DNA of 64,000 bases from Acidobacteriota bacterium (GTDB taxonomy: Bacteria > Acidobacteriota > Thermoanaerobaculia > Gp7-AA8), in the NCBI GenBank assembly GCA_003223645.1, contig QHVT01000006.1, positions 340,967-404,966 on the forward strand. Direction: 5' to 3'. The translations under genes and the position numbers were made by a program. Position 1 is the stretch's first letter. Each line of letters starts with the position of its first letter. This document shows, one piece after another, positions 8,567-17,521 of this stretch. The notes below the pieces were generated by a model. That model searched no databases, was not told the origin of the DNA, and saw only the letters and a list, made by a program, of their open reading frames with translations.

Positions 8567-11500
8567 TCAATGCCGCGCGGAGCGGCGCTTCCCCGTGGGC
8601 GGCGGCGGCTGCCCCGCGTCGCCGGAGAGGATGATCGCCGGCGACTGCGTCCACGTCGTCCGATTGCCGGCGATGTCTTCGATCTCGATCCGCAAGTCGA
8701 CGGAATCCGCGCCCGCGCGGGTGACCGCTGCGAGATCGGTGCGATACATCTCGCCCGCGGGGAAGCGGCGTAACTGCGCGACGTCGCCGAGGTCGGAGCC
8801 TTGATGGACGGCGGTCAGCGGGGTCCAAGTGGCGGATCCGTGTGCGCGATAGAACACCTTGGTCGCCTCGCGTTTCAACTCGCGCGTCGAGCCGAGCTTG
8901 CTGCGCTGGTCGGCGGGCGGATAGAAGTAGTCGCCCGCGGCGAAGAAGAGTGACGCGTTGCTGTTCTTCTCCAGCTTCTCGGCGAGTCGCCCCTGCGCGT
9001 TCAACACGCGCAGCGCGGTGAGCGTGGGCGCGTCGAGGTCGTTCGGATCGCTGCCGAAGCGCACCTCCACCTCGCCGCGCGACGGCTGTCCGGCGATGTT
9101 CATGTCGTCGCGCGCGGCCACGTAGCGGCCGCCCGTCTGCGGCGCGGGACCGGGATCGCATGGACCTTCATCGCAGGTCGTGAGATTCGTGTATGTGCCG
9201 GCGGCGACTTGCGCGTTCGCGGCGTTGTAGCTGACCCACGGCGTGTCCTGCGTGACGTAGCGATACCACTCGCCGAGCGGCCCGACGAACCCCGGGACCA
9301 GTCCGATGTAGCGATTCGGCGCGGTGCCGAAGAACGAGAATGCGTAGAGCGGTGAGGTACCGAGCGTGAGCTCTTCGCCGTCCGAGATGCGATAGGCGGC
9401 GGGCGACGCATACACCCACGGCACGGAAACGATCGCGCCGTCGATGCCGCGCAGCTTTCCGATCGCCGTACTTCCCATGTCGAAGTCGATGCCCGACGTT
9501 CCGACGCCCGACTCCATCGTCGTGAAGTAATCGAGGATCATCTGCGGCCCGAGCTCGACCGGCGAACAATCGCTCAGGCTCTCCGTGACGATGGACGGCG
9601 TTCGCACCCCGGTCGTGAGGCATGCGAACACGGCGTTCGGTCCCTGCTTCGGTTGCGGGAAGCGAACGCGCACATGTTTGTACGTCGCCGGTCCCGCGCT
9701 CATCGTCGCCGACTGCGCGACGCCGGCGAGCGGCGGATACTGCACGTTGTACGCGCGGCCGTGCGTCACATCGAAGTACGCGTCGAACAAATGGAACGTA
9801 AACGTCGGCGAGACCGGAGAGAAAAACAGCTTCGGAACGGTGGCAGGAATTTGAAGCGTGACGGCGACCGCCGGCAGCTTCGCGTAGACGAAGCGAAGCG
9901 TGCGGATGTGATTGATCTGCGCCGGCAATTGATCGAATGCGGTGCCGAATTGGTCGCGCGCGTCGAGGACGACTTCCGCCGATGTGTCGGCGCGATGCAG
10001 CGCCACTTCGCTGTCGCCGGATGCGGTGCGATTTTCCGCGAATGCAATGCGCGCCGCGTACGGCACCGCGCTCGTGTCATACGCCAGCATCAGAAAATCC
10101 CACCGCGTGTCCGGCTGCGTGAAGAGCTCGGCCTTCCCCTCGTCGTAGAGGAACACGACCTTCGCCGTGCTCTCCGAAAGCGCGAGCGCGCTCACCGCGG
10201 GCTGATCGTAGGAGATCGTCACGCGCGCGGCGCGCGCGACGAACCACGGCAGCGCGAACGGCGCGGCGCCGCGAAACTCAATGTTTCCGTCGATGAAGGA
10301 CGCCGCCGGAAACGCAACGGTGCTGTTGTTGATGACGAGCCGCAAATCGACCGACTTCGACTCACCCGCCGCGAGCTGCAGCGTTGCCGGCGTGGCGGTG
10401 AACGTTGCTCCCGCCGGAACATTCGTCGCGACGACGTCGAACGTGCGCGCGTCCGCCGCGCGATTCGTGAGCGTGACGCTGCGCGTCGCCTCGAACGTGC
10501 CGCCCTTCCCGCTGGCGAGTCCGAAGCTGATGCCGGCGCCGTCGACGAACGTCGTCGCCGTGTCCGCGCGTGCGACATCGATGCGTCCCGCTGCGCGCGC
10601 AAGCGCCGCGTCGTCGACAGCCATCGCCGTCGTCACGAGCGCGCTCTTGATCTCCGCCGGCGTCCATGCCGGATGCAGTTTGCGCAGCAGCGCCGCCGCT
10701 CCGGTGACGTGCGGAGCTGCCATCGATGTTCCGTCCATCGCGACAATGAGACCGCTGAGGTAGGTCGATTGAATCGCGACGCCGGGCGCCATCACGTCCG
10801 GCTTGAATCCGAGGAGCGCGGGCGACGGACCGCGCGAGCTGAACGTCGCGACCGTTCCGAACGACGTCACCGCGCCGACGGTGATCGCGGTGCGCGCCGT
10901 GCCCGGGCTGCCGATCGAGTCCGGCCGGCCCGCGTTGCCCGCCGCCACCACGACGATCACGCCCGCGGCCGTTGCGTTGTCGACGGCATGCGACACGAGA
11001 TCGTCGGCGGTGCCGGGACCGCCGAGGCTGAGATTGATCACGTCGAGGTGATCGGAAGGATTGCCGTCCTGATTCGGATCGATGCTGCGCTCGATCGCCG
11101 CGATGACGTTCGACTGCAATCCGCTTCCCTGCGCGCTCAAGACTTTGTACGCGTACAGCGTTGCTCCCGGCGCGACGCCGGCGATCTCGGGCGAGTCGGC
11201 CGCGATGATGCCGGCGACGTGCGTGCCGTGACCGGCGTCGTCTTTCGGATCGCCGTCGTTATTCGCGAAGTCCCATCCGCCCGCGACCTTGTGTCCCGGG
11301 CCGAATGCGCCGCCGAGGGCGGGATGCGTGTAGTCGATGCCGGTGTCGATCACGCCGATGCGGATTCCGTCGCCGCGCGTCGCGAGCGAGCTCGCATTCA
11401 CGCGAGCGGCGGCGTCGATCGCCGCGGCCGTGGGTTTCGCATCGCCGGCCGCATACGCGGTGACCACGCGATCGGGAACCACCGCTTTCACGTACGGAAG

Positions 11501-11800
11501 GCGGCGAATCGCATCGAGCGACTCGCGCGGCACATCGATCGCCGCGCCGAAGATCGCCTGCACGTATTCGTAGCGGATCACCGGCGTCGCCGTTTGTTCG
11601 TGCGGATGCCGCTCGACCGTGCTCATCACGTCGCCGCGAAATCGCGCGAACGTCGCCGCGGCCGTCGTCCCGGGAATCCGCTGAAACTCCACGATGGCCG
11701 CGCCGCTCGGCAGCGGCTGCGCACGCAGCTCGATGTCATTCGATTGGGCGTGGAGTGTGGTCGCGGCAAGCAGAAGGGAGAGGACAAGGATCCGAGGCAT
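8567..11800 (-). CDS. S8 family serine peptidase (subtilisin-like) with long C-terminal extension, secreted
   Basis: Start at [18 protein letters not shown] signal peptide (ATG 11800); catalytic motifs [24 protein letters not shown]. Confidence 0.85.
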   Translation of the reverse strand: MPRILVLSLLLAATTLHAQSNDIELRAQPLPSGAAIVEFQRIPGTTAAATFARFRGDVMSTVERHPHEQTATPVIRYEYVQAIFGAAIDVPRESLDAIRRLPYVKAVVPDRVVTAYAAGDAKPTAAAIDAAARVNASSLATRGDGIRIGVIDTGIDYTHPALGGAFGPGHKVAGGWDFANNDGDPKDDAGHGTHVAGIIAADSPEIAGVAPGATLYAYKVLSAQGSGLQSNVIAAIERSIDPNQDGNPSDHLDVINLSLGGPGTADDLVSHAVDNATAAGVIVVVAAGNAGRPDSIGSPGTARTAITVGAVTSFGTVATFSSRGPSPALLGFKPDVMAPGVAIQSTYLSGLIVAMDGTSMAAPHVTGAAALLRKLHPAWTPAEIKSALVTTAMAVDDAALARAAGRIDVARADTATTFVDGAGISFGLASGKGGTFEATRSVTLTNRAADARTFDVVATNVPAGATFTATPATLQLAAGESKSVDLRLVINNSTVAFPAASFIDGNIEFRGAAPFALPWFVARAARVTISYDQPAVSALALSESTAKVVFLYDEGKAELFTQPDTRWDFLMLAYDTSAVPYAARIAFAENRTASGDSEVALHRADTSAEVVLDARDQFGTAFDQLPAQINHIRTLRFVYAKLPAVAVTLQIPATVPKLFFSPVSPTFTFHLFDAYFDVTHGRAYNVQYPPLAGVAQSATMSAGPATYKHVRVRFPQPKQGPNAVFACLTTGVRTPSIVTESLSDCSPVELGPQMILDYFTTMESGVGTSGIDFDMGSTAIGKLRGIDGAIVSVPWVYASPAAYRISDGEELTLGTSPLYAFSFFGTAPNRYIGLVPGFVGPLGEWYRYVTQDTPWVSYNAANAQVAAGTYTNLTTCDEGPCDPGPAPQTGGRYVAARDDMNIAGQPSRGEVEVRFGSDPNDLDAPTLTALRVLNAQGRLAEKLEKNSNASLFFAAGDYFYPPADQRSKLGSTRELKREATKVFYRAHGSATWTPLTAVHQGSDLGDVAQLRRFPAGEMYRTDLAAVTRAGADSVDLRIEIEDIAGNRTTWTQSPAIILSGDAGQPPPPTGKRRSARH

Positions 11801-11996
11801 GCACCGTAGGGTACAGGGCAAATCGAAAGTGGAAGTGACGGAACGGTGGAGGCTTCCGCTCGCACTGTCATGTTCTTGCGTGAAAGCGGCGCGTGCACTC
11901 GATGAATAGGAATTCGCGCAAAAGTGGCCTGGCAGAAAGGTGGTACGACAAGAAGGGACCACGTCAGATCTGCCTCATGAGCCATAAAATAACGGC

Positions 11997-12677
11997 ATGT
12001 CAACGAACGATGCGGCAGATCACGAGACCGCGCAAAAGTGGCTGAAGACACTATCCGGGCAAGTGCTGCGACTGAGAATGGATTACCGCATCTGGGACGA
12101 GACCCAGGCGATCATTCGGGCTAATCCAAAATTACATCGCTCCAGTGAATTCTATCGCTGGATGAGAGAAATGTTTGTGTCCGGCGTCGCAATGTCGGTA
12201 CGCCGCTTAACCGACAGCGACACCCGCGCTATTTCGTTCTTCCGTTTCCTGAAGCTCGTGAAGGGCAATGCATCTCTCGTGTCGCGTCAGCGATACCGTA
12301 AGTTGTATAGAGACGACGACGTCTTTTCGCAGCAGCTTCGGGAATTGGGAATCATGACGGATCACGTGAAGGCGGAATACGAGATGCTGGTTGGACCCGG
12401 GAAGGAGCAGCCGAGTCCTGACGATATTCAGCGCGAACTTGACGCGATGCAGCAGTTAACTTCGAAGATCGTTGCGCTGGCAGACTCCTCGATCGCTCAT
12501 CACGAAGAAAAGAAGCCGGAGGATCTCCCAACCTTTGCCGACGTTGACAAGGCGATCAGCTTTTTCGAAGAGCTTCTAAAACGATATCGGTTGCTGTTCG
12601 ATGCCACGAGCATGTCTACGGATATTACGTTCCAGTACGATTGGAAAGCGATCTTCCGCGTGCCTTGGATTCCTTAG
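11997..12677 (+). CDS. Hypothetical alpha-helical protein (accessory, lower GC)
   Basis: 226 aa ORF with protein-like composition in a lower-GC patch; no family recognised by eye. Confidence 0.45.
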   Translation: MSTNDAADHETAQKWLKTLSGQVLRLRMDYRIWDETQAIIRANPKLHRSSEFYRWMREMFVSGVAMSVRRLTDSDTRAISFFRFLKLVKGNASLVSRQRYRKLYRDDDVFSQQLRELGIMTDHVKAEYEMLVGPGKEQPSPDDIQRELDAMQQLTSKIVALADSSIAHHEEKKPEDLPTFADVDKAISFFEELLKRYRLLFDATSMSTDITFQYDWKAIFRVPWIP

Positions 12678-12847
12678 AGGTCGCCCAACGGCTTGAGCCT
12701 AAGCTGCACGGCCAGGGCCTACGTGCCGAAGCCGACGCGGCACGGCGGCCGCAGCGAATGAGTCGAATCCGACGAGTCGCAAACTGCGGCCGGCGTGCCG
12801 CCGCTCATTCTTGTATGTTGACGAGCAGGCTCGGCCGCACGCAGGAG

Positions 12848-13465
12848 TTAGCCGGCCGATCGTAAGACGCTTTCAATGTAACCTACCGCATCCTCAAAAT
12901 TGACAAGGACCTTGCACTGATAGTGAGCGAGTTCATCGTAGATTGCGGGATTGGCGAAACCCTTTCGATCTTGGCTTACAAAGCATTTCGGCCCGACTGG
13001 TGTTGACTTCGCGTGCGCTATCACACTTGCCAGCACAATGGAATCAGGCGGCGAAAGGGAACATCGACGCTCGAGTTCTACGGCAGCTATGAGAACTTCG
13101 GTAGATAGTGGCTCAATTGTGCCATGTTCTTCGATAACAGCAATTGCCTGCTCAAGGCGGCCGCGCGCTTCTTCGCCGCTTGCGACTATTGCGGCGAGGA
13201 GATCTTTCGACGTCTCAGGGAGTGCTTCGAACTGTTGTGAACGAGAGAGCTGCCGTATGAGCGGCTGAAGCTGATCTCGCAACAGAATATTTCTTTCCGA
13301 AAGGCGGATGTCCCAAGTGCTACGTGCTTCTGCGACGGAAAATGCCGGAATCACGAGAGCCACTGAACGGCGTCTTGCCAGCGCGAGGATCGTTTCACAA
13401 CTCTGGCGGCGCTCCTGAAGGTATGCCACCTCAAGGAGGAAGTTAGTTTCCGCGTAGACAATCAC
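12848..13465 (-). CDS. PIN-like domain protein (tentative)
   Basis: N-terminus MIVYAETNFLLE resembles PIN first strand (x-V-x-D/E-T-N-x-L); acidic residues downstream; 4-nt overlap with upstream ORF. Confidence 0.35.
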   Translation of the reverse strand: MIVYAETNFLLEVAYLQERRQSCETILALARRRSVALVIPAFSVAEARSTWDIRLSERNILLRDQLQPLIRQLSRSQQFEALPETSKDLLAAIVASGEEARGRLEQAIAVIEEHGTIEPLSTEVLIAAVELERRCSLSPPDSIVLASVIAHAKSTPVGPKCFVSQDRKGFANPAIYDELAHYQCKVLVNFEDAVGYIESVLRSAG

Positions 13466-13908
13466 GCAGCTTGGGACCTGATGACACCATCACGAATTGA
13501 TTCAATAAGCCCCGAGTCCCGAAGCCATGCAGGTTGTTCGGCTTCCGGCATTCCTGCAACGACGTCACTCAGCCAAGCGTAGATCAGCGCTTCGAAACTG
13601 CGCTCGCTGAGAGTGTCAAGAGAACCATGGAGACGGAGAAGATATGGCCGAAGAGCAACCGCAGTGTCTCCTTCAAACTCGGGCGGCCCAGCCTCACCGC
13701 TTGGATGACGCCACAGATATAGGTGATCCCGAAGGGCTAGCAGGAAGAATGGAGCAGGCGGTATCTGCGCATGCACGAGCAAGTTGCGCAAGAATCTTCC
13801 TGCCCATTCCGGCGATGGAGCAATGGTGTTGTTCGCCTCGACGACGAGCTGTATGGCTCCACCTGGTTTTTCAACCACGAAGTCGGCGGTCGGTCGTCTC
13901 TCTTCCAT
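13462..13908 (-). CDS. Hypothetical protein co-transcribed with PIN-like gene
   Basis: 148 aa ORF, stop overlaps start of 12848-13465 gene. Confidence 0.4.
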   Translation of the reverse strand: MEERRPTADFVVEKPGGAIQLVVEANNTIAPSPEWAGRFLRNLLVHAQIPPAPFFLLALRDHLYLWRHPSGEAGPPEFEGDTAVALRPYLLRLHGSLDTLSERSFEALIYAWLSDVVAGMPEAEQPAWLRDSGLIESIRDGVIRSQAA

Positions 13909-13957
13909 CGCTCGGGTGATTCTATCCGAAACTTCACCCGGTCAGCCCAACTCCGAC

Positions 13958-14482
13958 TTACCGTGTTGCAACCGCGCGCTCGAGTACTGCAAGACGCACA
14001 TCCCTCGGTCCCGCGATCTCGATGATCGCGCAACCGAGCTCGTACCCGCCGATGATCTCGAGCAGCTGGTCATTCATCGCTTCGCGCAGTGCCGGATCCT
14101 CGGACTCCGGTACATCGATGCGATCGGTGTCATTGAGAGGAAGGACGACGAGCAGGTCGACGTGGCGCATGCCGGTGGCGACGAGCTCCAACGCGGGCTC
14201 GATCAGGTCTCGAGCGTCGAGTGCGCGGAGGTACGCGAGAAAATCGACGGGACTGCGCTCCGCGATCACGCGCGCTCCGCGCTCGTGTGTACTGAGCCGC
14301 TCCACGCAAATCTCGAGTTGGCGATAGAAGTCGTCCGCTGCCGGCGGGTCGCTCATTTGATCGAGCCATTCGTACGGCTCGGGCTCGAACGCATAGTCCG
14401 CGTGAGCGGCGAGGAAGTCTTCGATCAGCGTGGTCTTCCCCGAGGCGTGCGTGCCGGAAACGGCGATTCTCACGCGGATCAC
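13958..14482 (-). CDS. Small P-loop NTPase (AAA_28-like ATPase/kinase fold)
   Basis: Walker A GTHASGKTT at residues 9-17; Walker B-like DLLVVLP; 174 aa. Confidence 0.6.
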   Translation of the reverse strand: MIRVRIAVSGTHASGKTTLIEDFLAAHADYAFEPEPYEWLDQMSDPPAADDFYRQLEICVERLSTHERGARVIAERSPVDFLAYLRALDARDLIEPALELVATGMRHVDLLVVLPLNDTDRIDVPESEDPALREAMNDQLLEIIGGYELGCAIIEIAGPRDVRLAVLERAVATR

Positions 14483-14502
14483 GGTATAACAGCGCGAAAT
14501 CG

Positions 14503-15333
14503 ATGAGCGGGCATGCGCGATTTCCGATTCGCGAGTGGCGCCGGGCGGTTGCCGCCGCGGCGCAACGCGTCGGCAGCGAGGCGATTGCGCCGTTCGGGTT
14601 CGAGCTGACCGGATCGGCGAAGTATCTCTCCTCCCACCTCCGATATCTTTTCATCTATCTCCTGCGCACGCCGTCGCCGTTGGGGAACGAGCCGCTGGTG
14701 CGCGAGATCTGTGATGCGCTCGATGGCGCGCTCGCCGACGTCGCGCGCACGATCGAGATCGTCGACTACGACCGCTTCACCGTGCCGACCGGTTTCGACG
14801 CATCGCGAACGCTGATCATTCGCTCGGTCGACGCGGAGCTGCCGCTGCTGCGGACGTGGGCGCGCTACATCGTCGCCGCGGCGCTCGCCGTCAACCGGCC
14901 GCGCATCACCGCCGTCACCGATTTCCATTCCGATCTGATGGCGCAGCGCTACTGCTGTCAGCTGGCGATCATGCACGACGCGCTGTTCGCTGCGCTGCCG
15001 AACATGCCCGCGCTTTCGCTGCGCGACGCGATCGGACGCCATCTCGGCGGGCTGCAGCGCGTCAGTCTCGCCGACCGCTTTCGCTTCGAGCTCGTGGATG
15101 CCGAAGTCGTGCGCGCGATCGGCATCGCCATCGATCGCTTTTACGCGGACGTGAACGTGAAGTGGAGCGACTCCGCGGCGAACATTCGCGTGCCCGACTT
15201 TCACGGCAAGGCGCTGCTCGATTATCCGCGGAGCGACGAGCTCGACCTGCTCGTGGCGATCGCCATCCAGCGATATGAGGAGTACGCGGACGACGCTACG
15301 CCGCGTGCAGCCAGCGCGCAAATGCTGCAATGA
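14503..15333 (+). CDS. Hypothetical protein
   Basis: 276 aa, strong GC3 bias; preferred over the Arg-rich antisense ORF 14479-15360. Confidence 0.45.
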   Translation: MSGHARFPIREWRRAVAAAAQRVGSEAIAPFGFELTGSAKYLSSHLRYLFIYLLRTPSPLGNEPLVREICDALDGALADVARTIEIVDYDRFTVPTGFDASRTLIIRSVDAELPLLRTWARYIVAAALAVNRPRITAVTDFHSDLMAQRYCCQLAIMHDALFAALPNMPALSLRDAIGRHLGGLQRVSLADRFRFELVDAEVVRAIGIAIDRFYADVNVKWSDSAANIRVPDFHGKALLDYPRSDELDLLVAIAIQRYEEYADDATPRAASAQMLQ

Positions 15334-17521
15334 GCGGGTGGACCGGCGCGGACGCGGCACGGCGATGCATCCACGCGTGCACCGTCTTCAGTTGCCGCGC
15401 GACGCGCAGACCGTTCTCTTCGACGGCGCGGCCGGTCTGATACGTGTCGATCGCGCAGTCGATCGCGCCGGTGCGCAGCCACGCTTCGACGCAGCCGGTG
15501 ACCGGCACCACATCGATTGCCGGATCCATCACGTCTCGCGCGACACTCGGCCACGCGGACGCACACGTGCTGCGTGATTCACCATCGCCGATTTCGACGA
15601 GGCGACAGGGATCGACGCCCAGCGGAAAGAGTGCTTCGATCTGGTCGCCGTCCTCGAGTCGCACGTCCTCGCCGAAGATCGCGTAGCCGGCCCATCCGCG
15701 CCGCAACATCGCCGGCAGATCGCGCGATCGCGCGAAGACGACTTGCAGCGCATGCGACGTGATGTTCCACGTCAGCTCGCCGGACTTGAACGGACCGGCG
15801 GCAATGCCGCCGTCATCGAAGAACGCGCGCAACAGCGAGCGCATCACCGCGCTGTTCGGCGCGGCGACGATCACCGGCGTTCGTTCCGCGGACGCAGCGA
15901 GATCCACAGCGTGCATCGCGCAATCGCGACGCGCGATCGCCGCGGCAGCCGCGAGCAACGCGCGCTGCAACATGACGCGCGCTTCGGCGAGCGCGGTGTC
16001 GCCAAGACGGGTCATGCGCGTGCCGGCGCAATTGAGAACGCGCACCGCGTGACGGTCGAGCCATTCGACGACGCGCGCGGCAACGTCGTCGGCAGGAACG
16101 CCGCGCAACTCGAGTACCGGCCGCCCCAGCCACCTCGCCGCTTTCCTCGTCTCCTCCGACCCCTCGGATTGCGCGTAGTCGAGCAGCAGCGTTCCGTCGC
16201 TCGCGAACACGTTCGCCCATGTGCAGAACCGGTAGCTCGGCGTCGCCAGCTCGAGAATCGTTGCGCCGTCGAGACGATCGGGTCCGCCTTCTCCGAGCTC
16301 GCTGCACTCGGTGCGCTTTCCCTCCGGCATGATTGCGAACGCCGTCACACCGAACGTGCGCGCGGTCTGCAGCGCGAGTTGATCGATTCCCGTTTGTCCG
16401 CAGCTCGTGATCACGAGCCCCGGACTGAGGTGCAATCGCGTCGCGAACGACGCCTCGGTCGTGCTGGAACTGCGCCGCTCGATGTGCGCGGGAAAAATCT
16501 CATTCAGGTCGTCGCTGCGCGGGACGTGCGACGACGGCGACTGCATCGCCGCGCGCGCCTGCGCCTGCGCCATGGCATGCGCATCGTCGACGCTCGCACC
16601 GTCGATGCGGCAGGCGAGAAACGCGCCGGCGTACGCGTCGCCGGCGCCGAGGACGTGCACTGCCGATGGAGCACTCTCGAGCGGCAAATGAATCGCGTCG
16701 CGTGCCCCGCGCTCTTTCCAGACCACGGGGCGCGAGCCGTCGGTGCCGATGCATTCGACGTTCGCGACGACGGATGCGAAGCGCAGCGAGCTCTCGTCCT
16801 GCAATGCCAGCTCCACGAAGTCACGCCGCTGACCGATCAGGAATCGCAGATTTGCAAACTGCTCGAGACGCGCGGGCGATCGCCAATCTGCAATCAACAG
16901 TGCCAGCTGATCGCAGCGATGAATGAAATCGAGCAGCGCATCGTCCGCGGCCAAGGCATCGCACAGCGTCATGACCAACAGATCGCACGGCTGCAAATCG
17001 CGATCGCCCTGCAGTTGCGCATTGTGTTCGTAGATCGCGATCTGCCGCACGTCGCCGGTCGTCTCTTCGATCAGGCAGTAGGCCTCGCGCGTGAATCCCT
17101 TTCGCCACACCGGCTCGAGGGCGACTCCCCACGCGCGCAGATGCGCGAGTCCGGCGTCGCTGAGAATCGCGTCGTCGAATTCGGCGTGGCCGTGCCAGCG
17201 GATCGGACCGGGACGCAGTGCGGCATTGTGGCGACCGCTGCCCTCGGCGGTCGCGGTGCCGCTGCGGGCAGCGGCACCCACAACGCGCGCCGATGCTGCC
17301 GCGCAGAGCGTGTTCGAAACCGTTCCTCCCGGCGTCCATCGCTGCTGCCCTCGCTCCGCCGCGAATCGCCGGTACGCCTCGCGTTCCTCGGAAGAGATCG
17401 CGAGCCGCACGTGGACGTCCGGCGCATGCGTTCGCAGAAACGCGTCGATCTCTCCGGAGGGAGCGATGATGATGTCATCGCGCGTGGCATGCCCGATCCC
17501 CAGTACAACGGCATCAGGCAT
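15296..17521 (-). CDS. Tri-domain fusion: PfkB-family sugar/nucleoside kinase + SLOG (putative molybdenum-carrier-like) domain + HisG-type ATP phosphoribosyltransferase
   Basis: PfkB motifs TPGGTVSNTLCAAASARV and GAGDAYAGAF; SLOG/MoCo-carrier motif ITSCGQTGIDQLALQTA ... SYRFCTWANVFASDGTLLL; HisG motifs DLPAMLRRGWAGYAIFGEDVRLE, LGVDPCRLVE, TGCVEAWLRTGAIDCAIDTYQTGRAVEENGL; ATG overlaps upstream gene stop by 8 nt (ATGCCTGA). Confidence 0.7.
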   Translation of the reverse strand: MPDAVVLGIGHATRDDIIIAPSGEIDAFLRTHAPDVHVRLAISSEEREAYRRFAAERGQQRWTPGGTVSNTLCAAASARVVGAAARSGTATAEGSGRHNAALRPGPIRWHGHAEFDDAILSDAGLAHLRAWGVALEPVWRKGFTREAYCLIEETTGDVRQIAIYEHNAQLQGDRDLQPCDLLVMTLCDALAADDALLDFIHRCDQLALLIADWRSPARLEQFANLRFLIGQRRDFVELALQDESSLRFASVVANVECIGTDGSRPVVWKERGARDAIHLPLESAPSAVHVLGAGDAYAGAFLACRIDGASVDDAHAMAQAQARAAMQSPSSHVPRSDDLNEIFPAHIERRSSSTTEASFATRLHLSPGLVITSCGQTGIDQLALQTARTFGVTAFAIMPEGKRTECSELGEGGPDRLDGATILELATPSYRFCTWANVFASDGTLLLDYAQSEGSEETRKAARWLGRPVLELRGVPADDVAARVVEWLDRHAVRVLNCAGTRMTRLGDTALAEARVMLQRALLAAAAAIARRDCAMHAVDLAASAERTPVIVAAPNSAVMRSLLRAFFDDGGIAAGPFKSGELTWNITSHALQVVFARSRDLPAMLRRGWAGYAIFGEDVRLEDGDQIEALFPLGVDPCRLVEIGDGESRSTCASAWPSVARDVMDPAIDVVPVTGCVEAWLRTGAIDCAIDTYQTGRAVEENGLRVARQLKTVHAWMHRRAASAPVHPLIAAFARWLHAA
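17228..17284. repeat. REP-like double-hairpin element, compact copy 3, inserted in-frame inside the PfkB domain coding region
   Basis: GTGGCGACCGCTGCCCTCGGCGGTCGCGGTGCCGCTGCGGGCAGCGGCACCCACAA; translated on minus strand as VVGAAARSGTATAEGSGRH directly after the PfkB GG..N..A...R motif. Confidence 0.75.

Noticed and set aside
14479-15360. 293-aa minus-strand ORF opposite 14503-15333
   Set aside because: The product is Arg-rich with no motifs. The plus-strand frame shows consistent G/C third-position bias and protein-like composition.
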